Assembly (NCBI RefSeq): GCF_029504745.1
Contig: NZ_JAQFIQ010000029.1
Location: forward strand, 104-32,103
Source: Breznakia sp. PF5-3
GTDB lineage: Bacteria; Bacillota_I; Bacilli_A; Erysipelotrichales; Erysipelotrichaceae
Length of the DNA: 32,000 nucleotides
Reading direction: 5' to 3'
Positions 28,081 through 32,000 of the stretch are shown piece by piece. A model generated the notes under the pieces. That model saw only the letters and a program-made list of their open reading frames with translations, did not search any database and was not told where the DNA came from. The translations under genes and the position numbers were made by a program. Numbering within the stretch: the first letter of the stretch is position 1; every line of letters begins with the position of its first letter.

Positions 28081-28644
28081 CTAAATTAGACCAACTAAAT
28101 CAAGTGATGGCTTTAACGTTTTTTCTCCTGGTTTCCATTTTGCAGGACAGACTTCATCCCCGTTTTCATAAACGAATTGCGAAGCTTGTACTCTTCTTAA
28201 TAATTCATCTGCATTTCTACCCACATTACCAGCAATAACTTCATAAGCAACAATCTTTCCTTCAGGATTAACAATAAAGCTACCACGTTCAGCTAATCCA
28301 TCTGCTTCAATATATACATCAAAATCTTTTGCTAATGTTGCAGTTGGATCTGCTAACATAGGATAGTTAATTTTTTGAATTGTTTTTGATGTATCGTGCC
28401 ATGCTTTGTGCACAAAATGAGTATCACAAGATACAGAATAAATTTCACAGTTGATGTTTTTAAATTCTTCATACTTTTCAGCAAGATCTTCTAACTCAGT
28501 TGGACAAACAAAGGTAAAATCAGCAGGGTAGAAGAAAAATACACTCCATTTCCCAAGCACATCTTTTTTACTGACTTCTTTAAAATCTCCATCTGCGAAT
28601 GCTTGTACTTTAAAATCACTTATTTCTTTTCCGATTAATGACAT
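28081..28644 (-). CDS. ahpC: Alkyl hydroperoxide reductase subunit C (typical 2-Cys peroxiredoxin)
   Basis: 187 aa. FFFYPADFTFVCPTE (peroxidatic Cys) and EVCPAKW (resolving Cys). GAGGAGG SD upstream. Confidence 0.96.
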   Translation of the reverse strand: MSLIGKEISDFKVQAFADGDFKEVSKKDVLGKWSVFFFYPADFTFVCPTELEDLAEKYEEFKNINCEIYSVSCDTHFVHKAWHDTSKTIQKINYPMLADPTATLAKDFDVYIEADGLAERGSFIVNPEGKIVAYEVIAGNVGRNADELLRRVQASQFVYENGDEVCPAKWKPGEKTLKPSLDLVGLI

Positions 28645-28757
28645 AATATTCCTCCTCTAATAAATTAATATATAATATTGTCATACATTTGTTAGTTTTG
28701 ACTAACTTATTATATATGGTAACATCATTAAAAATAGAAGACAAAAGCTTTGACCAT

Positions 28758-28780
28758 AAAAAAAGCAGGCATTTGCCTGC
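28758..28780 (-). terminator. Rho-independent terminator of the small upstream gene
   Basis: On the minus strand: GCAGGC-AAAT-GCCTGC (28780-28765) followed by TTTTTTT (28764-28758). Confidence 0.8.
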
Positions 28781-28787
28781 AATGTGA

Positions 28788-29051
28788 TTATCTAGGTTTG
28801 TTTTTATTTTCATTCCAATAATTTTTAACTTCATTCAAATCAAGATAAATTTTATCATTTGTTCTAAAATCTAAAATTTTACTAAAGAAGAATTCTCCTT
28901 CATTAAAACTTTCATAGATCATCAATGTTTTTCCATCATTTTTCAAAGTCCATTTCCCATCTTGGTTACTTACTTTAATGTTTTTAAGTTTTACATTGAT
29001 CATCTTTCCGTTTTTGTCATCACCTGTTCTGTAAACTAAATATTTTTTCAT
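28788..29051 (-). CDS. Hypothetical small Lys/Asn-rich protein (87 aa)
   Basis: MKKYLVYRTGDDKNGK... The ATG at 29051 is preceded by GAGGAGGA. The ORF-track TTG at 29069 overlaps the SD. No signal peptide and no recognisable family. Confidence 0.5.
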   Translation of the reverse strand: MKKYLVYRTGDDKNGKMINVKLKNIKVSNQDGKWTLKNDGKTLMIYESFNEGEFFFSKILDFRTNDKIYLDLNEVKNYWNENKNKPR

Positions 29052-29244
29052 AATCCTTTTCCTCCTCAAGTGTTTAACTTTACAATCCTATTATAGCACT
29101 TGTATAAAAAGAAGAAAGGAATATGCACGTAAAGAAATGATAGTAAATCATTGTTATTTAAAGGGTATTTATCATATGACAAAAACTTTTGACAGACAAT
29201 TATTAATATTATGATACGATAAAGATAGAGAGGAGGATAAACTC

Positions 29245-29640
29245 ATGGATATAGCAAAAAAGTTACAAAGATATCGTGAAGATAAAAGCCTAACTCAAGA
29301 GCAGGTTGCTGAAAATATTCATTGCTCAAGACAGACAATATCTAATTGGGAAACGGGAAAGAGTTTACCTGATATTACTAGTATTGTATTATTGAGTACA
29401 TTATATGAGGTATCTTTAGATGAAATGCTGAAAGGAGATTCAATTATGTTACATCATATGCAAGAAGAATTAAAGAAATTAGAAATATCGAATTATACAA
29501 AAAAGACAAATAAGCGCTTTGTGAATTTCCAAAAGAACTTTACCAAGGGTTGGAAGATTGATTGGATTTCGATTGTTGGATATACATTGTTTATGCTTGT
29601 CCTCTATACAGCGATTATACTCTTCTTTATAAATAGATAA
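29245..29640 (+). CDS. XRE-family HTH regulator with a C-terminal transmembrane anchor
   Basis: LTQEQVAENIHCSRQTISNWETGKSLPDITSIVLLSTLYEVSLDEML is a Cro/C1-type HTH. C-terminal TM WISIVGYTLFMLVLYTAIILFFI. Confidence 0.8.
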   Translation: MDIAKKLQRYREDKSLTQEQVAENIHCSRQTISNWETGKSLPDITSIVLLSTLYEVSLDEMLKGDSIMLHHMQEELKKLEISNYTKKTNKRFVNFQKNFTKGWKIDWISIVGYTLFMLVLYTAIILFFINR

Positions 29641-29663
29641 TTACTAGAATATATTTACAAAAC

Positions 29664-29692
29664 AAAAAAGACTTTATAACAAAGTCTTTTTC
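29664..29692. terminator. Bidirectional terminator serving the XRE gene (+) and the tRNA pair (-)
   Basis: 10-bp stem AAAAGACTTT (29666-29675) with AAAGTCTTTT (29681-29690), 5-nt loop, A/T runs on both sides. Confidence 0.75.
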
Positions 29693-29701
29693 TTACTATA
29701 T

Positions 29702-29777
29702 TGGTGGAGCTTAGCGGGATCGAACCGCTGACCTCCTGCGTGCAAGGCAGGCGCTCTCCCAGCTGAGCTAAAACCCC
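29702..29777 (-). tRNA. tRNA-Ala (anticodon UGC), CCA encoded
   Basis: Reverse complement GGGGTTTTAGCTCAGCTGGGAGAGCGCCTGCCTTGCACGCAGGAGGTCAGCGGTTCGATCCCGCTAAGCTCCACCA. Cloverleaf folds by hand, with the G3-U70 identity pair and anticodon loop CTTGCAC. Confidence 0.93.
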
Positions 29778-29800
29778 ATGTATATAGAATTCGATTTAAA

Positions 29801-29877
<77 letters not shown>

Positions 29878-29900
29878 AACTATTCATCGAATGCCTATTA

Positions 29901-29929
29901 ATAATATCATGTTAGGGCTTGCGTGTCAA
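29901..29929 (-). promoter_or_regulatory. Near-consensus sigma-A promoter for the tRNA-Ile/tRNA-Ala pair
   Basis: On the minus strand: TTGACA (29929-29924), 17-nt spacer, TATTAT (29906-29901), about 24 nt upstream of the tRNA-Ile 5' end. Confidence 0.65.
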
Positions 29930-29941
29930 CAATTAAAAAGT

Positions 29942-29974
29942 AAAAAATATACCTTTTTTATCGGTATATTTTTT
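29942..29974 (-). terminator. Rho-independent terminator after the DUF4097 gene
   Basis: On the minus strand: AAAAAATATACC - 9-nt loop - GGTATATTTTTT, immediately after the stop at 29979. Confidence 0.75.
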
Positions 29975-29978
29975 GGTT

Positions 29979-30791
29979 TTATTTATTGAAAAATACGTTT
30001 ATTTCACCAAGGTCTGCATCGGCTTTCAACAAGCGTTTTCCACCATTATTATCCTTGTGTGAATGATAAGAGTTACCACCAATACTGATTTCTCCTAAAT
30101 CAGTATCTAAACTGTATCCATAATCATCAATACTTCCAGCTAATGTAATATCAATACTACCTAAATTATTAGTGATTACTAGACTTTCTTTGAAGTCCCC
30201 ACTGAATTCAGCATCTCCTAAATCAAGGTCTAACTTTCCAGTTTTAACTTTGATGTTTTTTGCTTCTAGACTTCCTAAATTTAAAGATAATGAAAGATTA
30301 TCAATAGAAATATCATTCATTTCAACATTTCCTAAGTCAGCATCTACCTCAAGAGATTTACAGCTTTTAGGAACATATATTGTGATTTTTCGTTCGTATG
30401 AATCATCATCCCAAAAAGTAAAAGGGAAGATAACAATTTCTTGATTTCCAGTAGATAGTGAGATATCACCATCATTGTCTTTAAACTCTATAGCTTTTAC
30501 ATCATAGTTTTTTACTTCGATAGAAAATTTATCCGCTTCTTTAATATATACCTCTCCAGCATCTGCTTCAATATTAATTGATTTAACACTACTTTTTGTA
30601 GTATATGTTTTTGAATCTCTGAAATTTTTTCCATCTGACCAACCAGTGGTTGATACAGGTCCAAGCCTATATTGTTTTGCATAAATCATACCACCTTGAG
30701 AAATACCAATTGTAGTGATTACAATACCTACAAGGATAAAGATAGCAGAGATTAGCATAAGGCTTCTCATTGGTTTTTTTCTGTTTCTCAT
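29979..30791 (-). CDS. DUF4097 (putative adhesin / LiaG-YvlB-like) beta-helix protein with an N-terminal TM anchor
   Basis: 270 aa. TM LMLISAIFILVGIVITTIGI. Repeated xDxxLGxIxx rungs: DADLGNVEM, SLNLGSLEA, DLDLGDAEF, NNLGSIDIT, DTDLGEISI, DADLGEINV. Confidence 0.65.
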   Translation of the reverse strand: MRNRKKPMRSLMLISAIFILVGIVITTIGISQGGMIYAKQYRLGPVSTTGWSDGKNFRDSKTYTTKSSVKSINIEADAGEVYIKEADKFSIEVKNYDVKAIEFKDNDGDISLSTGNQEIVIFPFTFWDDDSYERKITIYVPKSCKSLEVDADLGNVEMNDISIDNLSLSLNLGSLEAKNIKVKTGKLDLDLGDAEFSGDFKESLVITNNLGSIDITLAGSIDDYGYSLDTDLGEISIGGNSYHSHKDNNGGKRLLKADADLGEINVFFNK

Positions 30792-30805
30792 ATCAATCCC
30801 TCCTT

Positions 30806-31462
30806 TTATGATTGTGCTGCATATGGTCTTCTATGGCTAAAACGGTTAAATAAGTTACTTACACAACGAATAGCCCAAGGTACAAATCTAGTAATTGCCA
30901 TTGATAATGCTGCTAGTAAAAGCAACCCAACACCTAGTAGTATAAAAGATACACCAAGCGCTGTTATCCCTGCCATAAAATTAGTACCTAATAAGACAAA
31001 GCTACTAATAAAAGATGGTATAGCAACAATAATTAATGCTATTGTGCATGCAATTCCTGCAACAATAAGTGATGCTATTACAATGAAGAATGCTAATACG
31101 AGTAAAAATACTGCAAGCACTAGTGGTAAAGCAATTGGCAAAGCAAAAATCCCTAGAACAATAATCCATAATGCTTTCAAATCTTTACCATTAGAACGTT
31201 GGTGATAATATGGATTATTACTCTCATTATTATTGGTATTTTGTTTTGATTGATTTTTCTTAATTGTTGATTCTGCACGAATGGTAGCAGCTAATTTTTG
31301 AGGAGAACCCAATTCGTCGATAACTTTTTGCTCGTTCTCTTCTCCTGCTTCATCAAAGTATTCTTCAACATAATGAATGGCATCTTCGAATTCTTCTTTT
31401 TGCAAATCACGTAGATGATATGCTAGATCACGCATATAGTCTTTTCTATTATATTTATTCAT
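30806..31462 (-). CDS. DUF1700-family membrane protein (partner of PadR regulators)
   Basis: MNKYNRKDYMRDLAYHLRDLQKEEFEDAIHYVEEYFDEAGEENEQKVIDELGSPQKLAATI is the typical DUF1700 N-terminal helical domain. An N/Q-rich linker and 3-4 TM segments follow. ATG at 31462 follows GGAGGGAGG and overlaps the padR stop by 8 nt. Confidence 0.65.
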   Translation of the reverse strand: MNKYNRKDYMRDLAYHLRDLQKEEFEDAIHYVEEYFDEAGEENEQKVIDELGSPQKLAATIRAESTIKKNQSKQNTNNNESNNPYYHQRSNGKDLKALWIIVLGIFALPIALPLVLAVFLLVLAFFIVIASLIVAGIACTIALIIVAIPSFISSFVLLGTNFMAGITALGVSFILLGVGLLLLAALSMAITRFVPWAIRCVSNLFNRFSHRRPYAAQS

Positions 31463-31775
31463 GTTGTTTTCCTCCCTCCATAATAGTATTAATACGTTCA
31501 TAAAAGTCTTTCCAGGCTTCTAAATATAAATAATATTGTTCTTTCCCTTGTTCGGTCAAAGAGTAGTAACGTCGATTTCTGCCCTCATGTTGTTGGTCAT
31601 ATGTTTGTAGATAGCCTTCTTTTGTCAACCGACGTAAGACAGGATATAAAGTTGATTCTGACACATCCATTACTTCTTTAACTTCTTGTGTGAGCTTATA
31701 TCCATATGCATCTTCTTTACGTAATATTGACAATACGCAAGCATCTAATAATGATGATCCTAATTGAAATAACAC
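31455..31775 (-). CDS. PadR-family transcriptional regulator
   Basis: 106 aa. LDACVLSILRKEDAYGYKLTQEV...STLYPVLRRLTKEGYLQTY...GRNRRYYSLTEQG is the canonical PadR winged HTH. GTG start 7 nt after GGGAG. Confidence 0.9.
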   Translation of the reverse strand: MLFQLGSSLLDACVLSILRKEDAYGYKLTQEVKEVMDVSESTLYPVLRRLTKEGYLQTYDQQHEGRNRRYYSLTEQGKEQYYLYLEAWKDFYERINTIMEGGKQHE

Positions 31776-31792
31776 ATAATCACTCCCTTCAT

Positions 31793-31825
31793 ACTATATT
31801 ATACGTCATATAATATAGTTGTCAA
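31793..31825 (-). promoter_or_regulatory. padR-operon promoter with an overlapping perfect 11-bp inverted repeat (candidate PadR operator)
   Basis: On the minus strand: TTGACA (31825-31820), 16-nt spacer, TATAAT (31803-31798). The inverted repeat ACTATATTATA-CGTCA-TATAATATAGT (31793-31819) covers the spacer and the -10. Confidence 0.6.
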
Positions 31826-31958
31826 TACAATAATGTATATTTTTTATTAAATATGTAAATTTCATTGTGAAGGAAGAACGTTATAAATAAAAAAGAGACC
31901 CTACTAATGATGTGAACCCCCAAAGTTAGACAATAAACTAACAAAGGGGGTTTTTCTT

Positions 31959-32000
31959 ATGAAGTTGACTAACGAAATTAAAAAGAAGATTGTTTTAGAA
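31959..32000 (+). CDS. 5' end of an unidentified ORF truncated by the window edge (MKLTNEIKKKIVLE...)
   Basis: ATG at 31959 lies 6-7 nt after AAGGGGG. Only 14 codons are visible, so the product cannot be assigned. Confidence 0.35.
   Translation, partial: MKLTNEIKKKIVLE

Noticed and set aside
27864-28238. 124-aa plus-strand ORF across the ahpC/ahpF-homolog junction
   Set aside because: It is antisense to two strongly conserved redox enzymes and has no SD. It is a shadow ORF.
28661-28690. AT-rich segment upstream of ahpC, considered as a PerR box
   Set aside because: The best alignment to TTATAATNATTATAA matches only about 5/7 in one half-site and fails in the other. It cannot be distinguished from background AT-richness.

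Overview
Low-GC Firmicute (Bacillota) chromosomal window using the standard genetic code: TGA is a stop at adk and ecfT. The long low-complexity tails on ribosomal proteins suggest an Erysipelotrichia- or Mollicute-related lineage, but that is only a guess. Positions 1-14.7 kb hold the complete S10-spc-alpha ribosomal cluster on the + strand, running rpsJ to rplQ and including secY, adk, map, infA, rpmJ and rpoA. rpmD (L30) is missing from its usual slot. L3, S3 and S5 carry extensions of about 45-60 aa. The Bacillus-type continuation (ecfA1-ecfA2-ecfT-truA-rplM-rpsI) is present but interrupted twice. Five genes sit between rplQ and ecfA1: an ArsP_2-like permease, a CapA-like lipoprotein, a YrrM/TrmR-like O-methyltransferase, a membrane-anchored RraB-like protein and a 4-TM protein. 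A PHP/HisJ phosphatase plus a structured spacer sit between truA and rplM. Positions 23.7-32 kb are accessory and contain several small modules. (1) A VanZ-like gene, then a BmrR-type MerR/GyrI-like regulator, a textbook 19-bp-spacer dyad promoter and a BtrH_N/DUF4872 papain-like enzyme. (2) ahpC with a domain-permuted AhpF homolog. (3) A small K/N-rich protein divergent from a membrane-anchored XRE regulator. (4) A stand-alone tRNA-Ile(GAU)/tRNA-Ala(UGC) pair with its own consensus promoter. (5) A PadR-DUF1700-DUF4097 operon with a perfect 11-bp inverted-repeat operator over its promoter. (6) At the window edge, an SD-sequestering hairpin and a truncated ORF that may mark an IS end. No CRISPR array, rRNA gene or clear prophage was seen. 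All family assignments come from motif recognition by eye and need HMM or BLAST confirmation.
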